The notes beneath the pieces were generated by a model. That model saw only the letters and a list, made by a program, of their open reading frames with translations. It was not told where the DNA came from and did no database searches. Below, piece after piece: positions 18,204 through 26,410 of a stretch of 56,592 nucleotides of DNA; positions within the stretch are counted from its first letter, which is position 1, and each line of letters starts with the position of its first letter. This stretch comes from Clostridiales bacterium UBA1380. GTDB lineage: Bacteria > Bacillota > Clostridia > Oscillospirales > CAG-272. Both the position numbers and the translations under genes were made by a program. Location: NCBI GenBank assembly GCA_002305445.1, contig DBRA01000071.1, forward strand, positions 18,162-74,753, in the 5' to 3' direction.

Positions 18204-19973
18204 TCATTCGGCAGTATACGCAAACGTCAGAGGTTTTTCGCACGCAGCGCCGTAGCAGTCGTATGCCGTTACGGTGACTGTGTAAGTCGTGCCGGCTTTT
18301 ATGCCCGCCATCGAAATCGTGATCTCTTCGGGCAGCGGTTCTATATAATAATCCGAAAAAACGCTGTAGGACTTCTCCTTCTTTCCGTCGCTCATCGTAA
18401 GCGTGTATGAGTATACGCATTCGTCGTCATGCGCCTGCGGGAACGTGAAGCTGACACGCGTGCCGTTTGCGGTCATTCCGGTCGGCACAATCACGGCGTC
18501 TTCGTCGAAATAAGGCGCAGCGGCAGCGCTCCAGCGATCGCGCGTGTAAGTGAATGCAGACGGGTCGGACGGGCGCGGCACATACCACACAAGCTGCTCA
18601 TCCGGCGCGCCTTCGTTCTGTCGCGTGAAAAACTCGCCGGTCAGAATGTTGAACGGCATTATCTTAACGCGGTTCTGCGTGTCCACCTCGATTATATAAA
18701 ACTGCGCGGCGGAAGATGCGTTCGGCGGTATCGTACCGTATGACATGCCGGAGTTCATCTCGAAGTACGACAGCGTTCCTGTGCCGAGAGCTGTGTATTT
18801 GTCCTGATAAATCGAGCGCGGATTGTTTATGGGGCCGTGGCTGTGCCCCGAGAAGTCAATTATGTTCGGGTATTTGTCGAAAATAGTTCCGAGCTGTTCT
18901 GTGTACCACTCCTCGGACACATAGACGGTATCTTTGATATGATGGTGCTGGAACACAAATACGGGCGACTCCGGCGCGTCGCCGACAGCTTCGCGGAGCA
19001 CCTCGTCGAGCCAATCGTACTTGACCGTGTAGTCGCTGCCGTTCGATGGACTGACCGAGACGAAATGTATGCCGTTTATCACGTTGTGCTGATCGGCACT
19101 CTGACCCATAACCCTCTCGAAGACAGTCTGCGAACCGCCGAAGAACTCGTGATTGCCCATCGCGCAGATGAACTGCGTACCCTCGCGGATGTTATCCTCA
19201 ACAATGGTGCGGAAGCGCTTCAGCTGCGTCGCACTGCCGTGGTCGGTGACGTCGCCGGCGAAGACGACGGCGTCGAGATTTTTATACCCCTGCGTGTCGG
19301 CGTAATTGTATGAGTATTCGAACAGCTTCTTCAGGCGGTCGCACTCGACGGATTCGTGTTCTTTTATATGGACGTCGGACGCGACGGCGAATCGCAGGAC
19401 GGGTGTGAAGCCGGAGTAATCGTCGCCGTTTCGGTCGAGCGCTCCCGCAAGAACGATCGTATCATCCGCCGCCAGCGCTTCGCCGCCGTTCACAAACCGC
19501 TCCGTGAAGTCCGCCGCAGCTTTTATCGTTGCGCGGTCGGTCTTCCCTGCGATAACGACGGTATTATCCGAAAATGCCATAACAACGTAGTCCTCCTCAC
19601 CCGCCATGCCGACGGCGGTTTCGTAATAGGTCGCGTCCGAGCCGGCGGGGCGGAGCGCCGCGCCGCCTATTATGATGCGCGGCGCGTTCTCCGCATCCGC
19701 TCCGTACATCATGTCGGCGTCGTTCGTCAGCTTGACGTCTGCGGAGAACGCGTCGCTCATCGCTTTGCGCAGCCTGACCGCCGCATCGATTATCGGGTCC
19801 GATGCGGATTCCGGGCGGATTATGACGCAGGATGCGACGTCGATAATGTTGTCAGCGATGTTCTGTGGTGTATCATCGCCGCTTACTGGTTCGCCGCTGC
19901 CGGTGCAGGCCGTCGATGCTGCGGTCAACGCAAGCATAATGACAAGTGCGATAAATCTTTTCATATCGCTCAC
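18204..19973 (-). CDS. Calcineurin-like metallophosphoesterase lipoprotein with C-terminal Ig/Fn3-like domain
   Basis: 589 aa. Lipobox LTAASTACTG. Phosphoesterase motifs SDVH, GDVTDHG, GNHEF and GHSHG. Confidence 0.75.
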   Translation of the reverse strand: MSDMKRFIALVIMLALTAASTACTGSGEPVSGDDTPQNIADNIIDVASCVIIRPESASDPIIDAAVRLRKAMSDAFSADVKLTNDADMMYGADAENAPRIIIGGAALRPAGSDATYYETAVGMAGEEDYVVMAFSDNTVVIAGKTDRATIKAAADFTERFVNGGEALAADDTIVLAGALDRNGDDYSGFTPVLRFAVASDVHIKEHESVECDRLKKLFEYSYNYADTQGYKNLDAVVFAGDVTDHGSATQLKRFRTIVEDNIREGTQFICAMGNHEFFGGSQTVFERVMGQSADQHNVINGIHFVSVSPSNGSDYTVKYDWLDEVLREAVGDAPESPVFVFQHHHIKDTVYVSEEWYTEQLGTIFDKYPNIIDFSGHSHGPINNPRSIYQDKYTALGTGTLSYFEMNSGMSYGTIPPNASSAAQFYIIEVDTQNRVKIMPFNILTGEFFTRQNEGAPDEQLVWYVPRPSDPSAFTYTRDRWSAAAAPYFDEDAVIVPTGMTANGTRVSFTFPQAHDDECVYSYTLTMSDGKKEKSYSVFSDYYIEPLPEEITISMAGIKAGTTYTVTVTAYDCYGAACEKPLTFAYTAE

Positions 19974-20003
19974 TCATGCGTTCATCATCGTTCATTTTGC
20001 ATC

Positions 20004-20032
20004 ATTATACCGCACAATCTCAAATATTTCAA
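20004..20032 (-). promoter_or_regulatory. sigma-70-type promoter for the metallophosphoesterase gene
   Basis: Minus strand: TTGAAA (20027-20032), 17 nt, TATAAT (20004-20009). Confidence 0.55.
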
Positions 20033-20072
20033 TAACAGTTATTATATTATTTAAATTTTATTTATCGACTTT

Positions 20073-20726
20073 TTACTTTATTCTTCTGTATGTTTCGCGG
20101 TCGCGCGTCAATATGCCCATGCCGATCATCTCACGGCGGATCGTGCAGTAGTCCTCGTGATATCGTTCAATAATAGCGTTCGCTTCCCGCTCGTCGTAGT
20201 CGCGACCGATTTCAAACGACTTCGCGATTTCACGCAGGACAATCTCGCGCTTCTTGCGCTGAACAGGTATCGACACGAGCCTCCCGTACTTGATGAACGA
20301 CGAGAGCACGGTCTTCTCGTATTCGGCTCGGCGCAGCTCGTCCTCCGCGCCCGGACGCGGCAGAATGAGCTCGCCGAGCGTCCGACCGAGAAAACCCGGT
20401 TCAAGCGAATACATTATATAAAACTGATCGCGGCGGCTTTTGACGATTCGCGCCGCCTCCAGCTTTTTTAAGTGGAAGCAGACCGTCGCGGGAGTGAGTC
20501 CGACCTGTTTCGCTAGCAGCTCCGGATAGCTCTCGCCCTGCCGCAGCGCAGAGACGATGTCGTAGCGCGATTTGTCGCCGAGCAGGCGGAAAAGTTCCAC
20601 GGCGCGGCTGTAATCCTCCGGCTCCGTCGGCTTATTAATGCTGTTATCCGGCGCTGTGTCTTTTTTCAACACCATGCAGTCCGGTGCAATGTTTTTTTCA
20701 TTATTATTATAGATCAAGAGTGTCAC
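20073..20726 (-). CDS. ArsR/SmtB-family winged-HTH regulator fused to a DUF2087-type C-terminal domain
   Basis: HTH region FRLLGDKSRYDIVSAL...PELLAKQVGLTPATVCFHLKKLEAARIV. The C-terminal IKYGRLVSIPVQRKKREIVLREIAKSF...YDEREANAIIERYHEDYCTIRREM resembles DUF2087. Start is uncertain (GTG 20726 or TTG 20717, after GGGAGG). It overlaps the upstream gene by 11-20 nt. Confidence 0.75.
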   Translation of the reverse strand: MTLLIYNNNEKNIAPDCMVLKKDTAPDNSINKPTEPEDYSRAVELFRLLGDKSRYDIVSALRQGESYPELLAKQVGLTPATVCFHLKKLEAARIVKSRRDQFYIMYSLEPGFLGRTLGELILPRPGAEDELRRAEYEKTVLSSFIKYGRLVSIPVQRKKREIVLREIAKSFEIGRDYDEREANAIIERYHEDYCTIRREMIGMGILTRDRETYRRIK

Positions 20727-21693
20727 CTCCCATATCGGCGCGGACGGCGCGGAAACTTTCCATCAGAGAATAATAGGCGTCGAGGCAGAAGTCTAGTTCG
20801 GAGCGTTCGCGGTCGTTCGCATGCTCGCGTTTATGTTCCTTATCGTCTGCTGCTTCGCGGAGCCCGAGCATAGCGGCCGTATACAGTCCGAGCTCCGCCC
20901 TCTCATATTCGTCCGCACATTTCCGCCATGCTGCTTCAAAGCGCCCGGTGTTATCGCTTTGGTTTAGAAGCTCGTTAAAATGCTGCATCATATAGCGGCT
21001 GCCGCTGCGGCCGAAGCGGCGGTTGTTGCGCAGGATCGATTCGGCATAACCGCACACGGCGTCGCTGCGTATCTTCGCCTCGCACCAGTCGGAAATGCAA
21101 TCGCTGCGCCTCGGCTCCAATTCGGCGGCTATCGCCTTCCATTTACCTGCCTCGCGCTCGACCGCGGCGAACATCGCGTGATATAACCGGTCCGAGCGGT
21201 AGGTTTGCAATGCCCACGTTATGCCGGCGTCTAAAGCGGCGGCGCGCCATCTGTCGGCGAGTTCCGCCAGCGCGATAAGGCGTGAATTGATATACGCGCG
21301 TTCCCGGTCGCTGCCGCCGTATTGCGCATAACGCTTATCAAACTCCGCCCGGAGCGTGAACATCGCGTCGGCGTATACCGATAATGCGCGTCCGGCGGAC
21401 TTGTATTCGCTCTTGAAGCCGTCGTATTCGCGCGGCAGCGTTTCGGCGAAAGCAACCGTATCACCGCGCAGGTAAAATTCTTTTTCGCATCTGTCCGACG
21501 CCGCAAGATAATCTATCTCGGGCTCGCGGAACATCGGTCCGCGCGCGATGCCGAGCGACGCAAGCACTCCGCGTATGTTTCGCACATCAAACGTGTTGCC
21601 GTCATTTTCGGCGGCATCAAGTTCATTATCGTACGATGACTTCAGCTTCAGCCAAGCATCGCCGAGTGCGGCGTACATATCCTTGTAATCCAT
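20707..21693 (-). CDS. Hypothetical helical protein (about 328 aa) whose N-terminal half is paralogous to the upstream 164-aa protein
   Basis: Long ORF in the coding frame with no antisense family gene. GAGG RBS precedes ATG 21693 (alternative GTG at 21708). No signal peptide or TM segment and no family recognised. Confidence 0.65.
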   Translation of the reverse strand: MDYKDMYAALGDAWLKLKSSYDNELDAAENDGNTFDVRNIRGVLASLGIARGPMFREPEIDYLAASDRCEKEFYLRGDTVAFAETLPREYDGFKSEYKSAGRALSVYADAMFTLRAEFDKRYAQYGGSDRERAYINSRLIALAELADRWRAAALDAGITWALQTYRSDRLYHAMFAAVEREAGKWKAIAAELEPRRSDCISDWCEAKIRSDAVCGYAESILRNNRRFGRSGSRYMMQHFNELLNQSDNTGRFEAAWRKCADEYERAELGLYTAAMLGLREAADDKEHKREHANDRERSELDFCLDAYYSLMESFRAVRADMGGDTLDL

Positions 21694-21709
21694 TATAATA
21701 TACCTCACG

Positions 21710-22204
21710 TTATGCCGTATATTTTACAGCGACGCTTTCCGCCGACGGCAGACCCGCAGCGACGCGCGCGTCCTCCCATGCGGCGAAAAGATCGTTATAC
21801 GCGTCAAGCTCCGTTCGGAGCGTAAACGCGCGGTCGATATCTTCATATTTTTCGGCATTATCGAGTTCGCCGCGTATGCGGTCGACAAAGGTGCGGCTGA
21901 GCCACAGCACTGTGTTGACATAAGTCACGAAAGCGTGCAGCTCGTCCGGATCCATCCCGGCCGTCAACACATCGAGCAGACCCGGATAACGGCGGTTCAT
22001 GAACAGGTTCGAGTAGTTTTCGCGTTTCCATTCGTAGCTGAATCTGCTGAAATTAACTCCGAGCGACGCGATATTGGAACGTATCGACAGCACGCGCCGC
22101 TCCGTTATCGCGTTTTTATCGAGCGCGGCAAGGCGCGCTTTACATTCGCTCCGCATTTTCTCGGCGGCGCTTGACATGTTTTTGTATAGTTCATGTGCGT
22201 CCAT
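21710..22204 (-). CDS. Hypothetical helical protein (164 aa), first gene of the three-gene module
   Basis: ORF directly downstream of a consensus promoter. GGGGAGAGG RBS-like purine run precedes the ATG. No family recognised. Confidence 0.65.
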   Translation of the reverse strand: MDAHELYKNMSSAAEKMRSECKARLAALDKNAITERRVLSIRSNIASLGVNFSRFSYEWKRENYSNLFMNRRYPGLLDVLTAGMDPDELHAFVTYVNTVLWLSRTFVDRIRGELDNAEKYEDIDRAFTLRTELDAYNDLFAAWEDARVAAGLPSAESVAVKYTA

Positions 22205-22254
22205 GAAACCTCTCCCCTCTCTTTAAGCAGGCGCTATCTCCCGCCTATAGTGTT

Positions 22255-22306
22255 ATTATATTCATCTAATCACTTTCTGTCAATAGTGATTATATAATCA
22301 TCTAAT
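22255..22306 (-). promoter_or_regulatory. Promoter of the three-gene module embedded in operator-like repeats
   Basis: Minus strand: TTGACA (22278-22283), 17 nt, TATAAT (22255-22260). Inverted repeat TAATCACT (22267-22274) / AGTGATTA (22285-22292) flanks the -35. Direct repeat TCATCTAAT occurs at 22262-22270 and 22298-22306. Confidence 0.6.
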
Positions 22307-22323
22307 TAATTTTCGGAAGATAT

Positions 22324-22354
22324 AAAAAAAGACGGCCGTAGCCGTCGTTTTTTT
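22324..22354. terminator. Bidirectional rho-independent terminator
   Basis: A-run, stem GACGGC / GCCGTC with loop CGTA, then T-run. It separates the deoB-lipoprotein unit from the three-gene module. Confidence 0.7.
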
Positions 22355-22356
22355 CT

Positions 22357-22989
22357 TTAATAGGTCGGGCTATCAAGCCGCCAGCCGTTATCGGTGTTGA
22401 CAAGCTTCAGCCGGACGTCGACGTCCGGCTTGCCGTCCACAAAGCTCGGGACGATGACCGTCATGAACCGGTCGCTGATCCGCTCGAACGTCATCGAATC
22501 GGTGTCGTAGGTGCGATCCGCTATCGTCGATGCGATGTTTGCGTTGACGGTCAGGACGCCGTAATCCTCTATGTAGCGCGCATAAACGGCGCCGATTGTC
22601 GTCGTCCCGTCTTCGCCGCTCTCGCCGGAGACGCCGGCAAATGCGACTTCATAAAGGATCTTGCAATAGGCGGGCGTGAAGACCTTCTCCGTCGCTTCTT
22701 TTATCGCGCTGATCGACTGATACGGGCAGTCGTGCGCGACGGGATGATATATCAGCGCGTCCACGTCGGCATCCGCGGCTTCAGCCGCGCTTTCGATCAG
22801 CGCCGAACCGGCCGATTTTTCATATGGCAGCCCGTCGCCGTAATAGATTTCGTTCAGCTCAAGCGACGCATCGATCAGCGACGCCACGATCCCGCGGGCT
22901 TCGTCTTCGCTCGGCCCGTACGAGCAGCCGCAAAGCGCTGACGCCGATAAAACCGCGGTTAAAATCAATGCGGCGAATCTTTTTATCAT
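22357..22989 (-). CDS. Hypothetical lipoprotein
   Basis: Lipobox SALCGCS after a hydrophobic N-terminus. ATG at 22989 follows GGAGGG, 6 nt after the deoB stop. Confidence 0.65.
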   Translation of the reverse strand: MIKRFAALILTAVLSASALCGCSYGPSEDEARGIVASLIDASLELNEIYYGDGLPYEKSAGSALIESAAEAADADVDALIYHPVAHDCPYQSISAIKEATEKVFTPAYCKILYEVAFAGVSGESGEDGTTTIGAVYARYIEDYGVLTVNANIASTIADRTYDTDSMTFERISDRFMTVIVPSFVDGKPDVDVRLKLVNTDNGWRLDSPTY

Positions 22990-22994
22990 AACGG

Positions 22995-24125
22995 TCAACC
23001 CTCCGTATTAAACAGCCTTAGTATCGTCTCTGCGACGAAGCCGAAATCCTTCCCGCCGAGGTCGCCGCTCACGCCGGTGCCGAGCGCGAGATACGGAACG
23101 TATTCGCGCGTATGGTCGGTCGTCGGATAACCGGGATCGCAGCCGTGGTCGGCGGTGACGACGAGCGCGTCCGTCGGGCGCATACGTCCGATGAAGCCGC
23201 ACAGCCAGCGATCAAACTCGGAAATCGCCCGCGCGTAGCCGTCGATGTCGTTGCGGTGCCCGTAGAGCATGTCGAAGTCCACGAGGTTCGCGAAGCAGAG
23301 CCCGTCGAAATCGGATGCGGCGGCTTCATCGATGCGGCGCATCCCGTCGTCGTTCGACACGGTCGAAACGGACGATGTTATGCCGCGCCCCGCGAAAATG
23401 TCGCGTATCTTGCCGATCGCGATGACGTCGCGGCCGGCGTCCGACAGTTTGTCGAGCAGCGTCGGCGCGGGCGGCGGAAGCGCGAAGTCATGGCGGCGCG
23501 CGGTGCGCGTATAGGGCCATTCGCCCTCGAACGGGCGCGCTATGACGCGGCCCGCGTCGGTGACGGCGCGAACGGCTTCGCATATGCGGTACAGTTCCTC
23601 CACCGGCACGACGCTCTCGTGCGCGGCGATCTGAACGACGCTGTCGGCGGAGGTGTATATGATGAGCGCGCCGGTTTCGACGTGCTCGCGCCCGTAGTCG
23701 CGTATCACCTCGGTGCCGGAGTACGGCTTGCCGCAGAGCAGCGGGCGGCCCGCGGCTTTCGAAAACGTCTCCATCTCTTCGGCGGAGAAACCGTTTTCCC
23801 ACGTGCGCATCGGCTTCGGCGACACGACACCGCAGAGCTCCCAGTGTCCGATCACGGTGTCCTTGCCCGCGGATCGTTCGCGCAGCCGCGCGTACGCGGC
23901 GCCGGGGCGAAGCTTCATCACCGGATACTTTTTGCCGGAGAGGCGGCCGACCTCGAAAAGGCCGAGCGCTGCGAGCGTTCGCGCGTCGAAGCGCGGGGAC
24001 GACGCGACGGACGCCAAAGTGTCGGCAGCCGCGCAGCCGTCGATACCCGCATCGCCGAAGTCGGCGGCGTCCGGCGCGGCTCCGCAGCCGAAGCTGTCGG
24101 CCACAATAAAGAATACGCGCTTCAT
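22995..24125 (-). CDS. deoB: Phosphopentomutase
   Basis: MKRVFFIVADSFGCG..PDAADFGDAG N-terminus and the alkaline-phosphatase-superfamily DHGCDP motif. Start placed at the internal ATG (24125) after AGGCAAGG, not the ORF-track 24194. Confidence 0.85.
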   Translation of the reverse strand: MKRVFFIVADSFGCGAAPDAADFGDAGIDGCAAADTLASVASSPRFDARTLAALGLFEVGRLSGKKYPVMKLRPGAAYARLRERSAGKDTVIGHWELCGVVSPKPMRTWENGFSAEEMETFSKAAGRPLLCGKPYSGTEVIRDYGREHVETGALIIYTSADSVVQIAAHESVVPVEELYRICEAVRAVTDAGRVIARPFEGEWPYTRTARRHDFALPPPAPTLLDKLSDAGRDVIAIGKIRDIFAGRGITSSVSTVSNDDGMRRIDEAAASDFDGLCFANLVDFDMLYGHRNDIDGYARAISEFDRWLCGFIGRMRPTDALVVTADHGCDPGYPTTDHTREYVPYLALGTGVSGDLGGKDFGFVAETILRLFNTEG

Positions 24126-24195
24126 GTGAATTATCTGACCTTGCCTTTCGTTTTTTCCACTCAAAATATGCGTAGAAATTATCGATGACTTCAAT

Positions 24196-24279
24196 ATTAT
24201 ATACTGTTTCTTAGAAAATTACAATAAACTATTGTAAACGGTTAAGTAAAGGTGTAAAATGATAATGATAATCATAATC
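24196..24279. promoter_or_regulatory. Back-to-back divergent promoters (deoB leftward, Fur-family gene rightward) plus a Fur-box
   Basis: Leftward: TTGTAA (24219-24224 on minus), 17 nt, TATAAT (24196-24201). Rightward: TTGTAA (24232-24237), 17 nt, TAAAAT (24255-24260). GATAATGATAATCATAATC (24261-24279) matches the classical 19-bp Fur box GATAATGATAATCATTATC at 18 of 19 positions. Confidence 0.65.
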
Positions 24280-24291
24280 AAAGAGGCATGA

Positions 24292-24714
24292 ATGGCAAGA
24301 ACAGGATACCACACAAGACAACGCGAGCTGATCGCCGATTTCTTAAAAACGCACGAAGGGGAGCATGTGCGCGCCGCGGATATAGCCGCGCACTTAGCGG
24401 TAAGCGGTTCGCCCGTAGGCGTCGCAACCGTGTACCGCACGCTCGACATGATGACGAAGTCGGGCGAAGTGAAAAAGTACATCGACCCGGACGCGGGCGC
24501 GTGCTATGTGTTCGCGTCGCAGCCGTGCGACAGCAGGCACTACCATTTGAAATGCAGCGGATGCGGAAAGCTGATCCACCTCGACTGCAGCATGATGAGC
24601 GACCTCGAGGTGCACATCGCGAGGGAGCACAGCTTCGAGCTCGACCCCGGGCGTACGGTCTTTTACGGCACATGCGCGGAATGCGGCGCGAAAAGAAAGG
24701 ACAATGATAAATGA
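24292..24714 (+). CDS. Fur family metalloregulator (Zur-like by context)
   Basis: 140 aa. DNA-binding N-terminus (VATVYRTLD), HYHLKC, and paired CxxC motifs (CSGCG and CAECG). Confidence 0.85.
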   Translation: MARTGYHTRQRELIADFLKTHEGEHVRAADIAAHLAVSGSPVGVATVYRTLDMMTKSGEVKKYIDPDAGACYVFASQPCDSRHYHLKCSGCGKLIHLDCSMMSDLEVHIAREHSFELDPGRTVFYGTCAECGAKRKDNDK

Positions 24715-25649
24715 AGCGCGCGGCCGCATTGATTCTTTTTATCGCAGCGATTGCCTCGCTCGCCGTCGGCTGTACACCGGCGGACAGAACGCACGATAAA
24801 CCCGTCGTTGTCTGTACGCTGTTTGTTCCGTACGATTTCGCCCGCGAGATAGCGGGCGAAGCCGCCGATGTGAAGCTGCTGCTCGCGCCGGGCGTCGAAT
24901 CGCACAGCTACGAACCGACCGCCGCCGACATGATCGCGATCGCGGACGCCGACCTGCTGATCTGCGTCGGCGGCGCCGGCGAAGCGTGGGTCGAGCGGGC
25001 GCTCAAGGCGACCGACACGCCGCCCGAGACGCTGCGGCTCATCTCCTGCTCCGACGGCGCGCCTTATTACGTCATCGATGAGGACCACGACGAGGGCGAG
25101 GAGCATGACGAAAGCGAAGAGCACGGCGAACACGCCGACGAGCACATATGGTTATCGCCCGTTATCGCGAGGAAGATGGCGTCGGCCGTCGCCGGCGCTC
25201 TGGACAAGCTTCTGCCCGAAGACAGCGGCGTTGCCGAGCGCGCGGCGAAGCTCGACGAAAAGCTCGCCGCGCTCGACGGCGAGTACCGCGAATGGGCGGC
25301 GACGCCGCGTACGGTGGCGCTCGCCGACAGCTTCCCGTTCGCGTGGTTTGCGGGCGAGTACGGAGTCGACTTCATTGCCACAAGCGCAGGCTGCGGAGAC
25401 GATGCGGAGCCGTCGGCGGCAGCGCTGGCAGCCGTGATCGACGCTGTGAAAGAGAAGAACCTGCCCGCCGTGTACAAGCTCGAGTTTTCGTCGTCCGCGC
25501 TCGCCGACAATGTGGCGGAGACGACGGGCGCGGAGGTCAGAACGCTTTACGCCTGCCACACGGTTTCGTCAGCTGACTTAAAGGCGGGTGTGACATACGT
25601 CGAGCTGATGGAACGCAACCTCGCCGCGCTGACCGGGCCGATAAATTAA
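24711..25649 (+). CDS. Metal ABC transporter substrate-binding lipoprotein, ZnuA-like
   Basis: 312 aa. Lipobox LAVGCT. His/Asp/Glu-rich loop DEDHDEGEEHDESEEHGEHADEH is typical of zinc-specific cluster A-I SBPs. The ATGA overlap with the upstream gene suggests translational coupling. Confidence 0.85.
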   Translation: MKRAAALILFIAAIASLAVGCTPADRTHDKPVVVCTLFVPYDFAREIAGEAADVKLLLAPGVESHSYEPTAADMIAIADADLLICVGGAGEAWVERALKATDTPPETLRLISCSDGAPYYVIDEDHDEGEEHDESEEHGEHADEHIWLSPVIARKMASAVAGALDKLLPEDSGVAERAAKLDEKLAALDGEYREWAATPRTVALADSFPFAWFAGEYGVDFIATSAGCGDDAEPSAAALAAVIDAVKEKNLPAVYKLEFSSSALADNVAETTGAEVRTLYACHTVSSADLKAGVTYVELMERNLAALTGPIN

Positions 25650-25660
25650 CGGGACGGATT

Positions 25661-26371
25661 ATGATTGAAGTAAAAAACTTAACGATGAAATACGACGCCC
25701 GCGTCGTCATCGACAACCTGTCGTTTTCGATGGCGGACGGCGAATACATCGCCGTCCTCGGCGAAAACGGCTCGGGCAAATCGACGCTTGCGAAGGCGAT
25801 CGTCGGTTTGGCGGAGCCGGCGTCCGGCTCCGTCAGGCACGATTTCAAGCGCGGCGACGTCGGCTATCTGCCGCAGCTGCGCGACCGCACCTCGTTCCCG
25901 GCGACGGTGTCGGAGGTCGTTTTATCGGGAACGCTCGGCGCGTCTGCGAAACCGTTTTACAGCCGCTCCGATAAAAATGCAGCGGCGGACGCGATGGCCC
26001 GGCTCGGCATATCGGAGCTTGCGAAGCGTCCGTTCAGCGAGCTTTCGGGCGGGCAGATGCGCCGCGTCCTTATCGCGCGCACGCTCTGCGCCGGACGCAG
26101 GCTGCTGATTCTCGACGAGCCGACCGCGGGTCTGGACCCGGTTGCGTCGGCGGAGCTGTACGAGCTGCTCGCCGGCATCAACAAAAACGGGGTCGGCGTC
26201 CTAATCATCAGCCACGACACGGGCGCGGCTCTCCGCTACGCCGACCGCATTCTCCATCTCGGCATCCATGCCGACGGCGACGACGCGCACTGCTATTTCT
26301 TCGGAACGCCGGACGAATACGCATCGTCGGAAGCAGGCAGGCGTTATATCGACGCCGGCGGCTGTGATTGA
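25661..26371 (+). CDS. Metal ABC transporter ATP-binding protein (ZnuC-like)
   Basis: Walker A GENGSGKST, signature LSGGQ and Walker B LLILDEP. Confidence 0.9.
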   Translation: MIEVKNLTMKYDARVVIDNLSFSMADGEYIAVLGENGSGKSTLAKAIVGLAEPASGSVRHDFKRGDVGYLPQLRDRTSFPATVSEVVLSGTLGASAKPFYSRSDKNAAADAMARLGISELAKRPFSELSGGQMRRVLIARTLCAGRRLLILDEPTAGLDPVASAELYELLAGINKNGVGVLIISHDTGAALRYADRILHLGIHADGDDAHCYFFGTPDEYASSEAGRRYIDAGGCD

Positions 26372-26410
26372 CGCACATATAGCGTCATATTAATAATAAC
26401 GGGTAGATTT

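Noticed and set aside
24126-24194. N-terminal extensions given by the ORF track for deoB. The same applies to 5994-7028, 31938-33008, 33013-33525, 33970-35082, 45768-47198, 53343-54110 and 55547-56542.
   Set aside because: Internal start codons are preceded by good Shine-Dalgarno sequences and give N-termini matching the family or a proper signal peptide. The extensions lack an RBS or overlap upstream genes or leaders.
24219-24237. Perfect palindrome TTACAATAAACTATTGTAA considered as a dedicated regulator operator (for example a Zur box)
   Set aside because: It is more simply explained as two mirror-image -35 hexamers of divergent promoters with exact 17-nt spacing to -10 elements. An additional operator role cannot be excluded.
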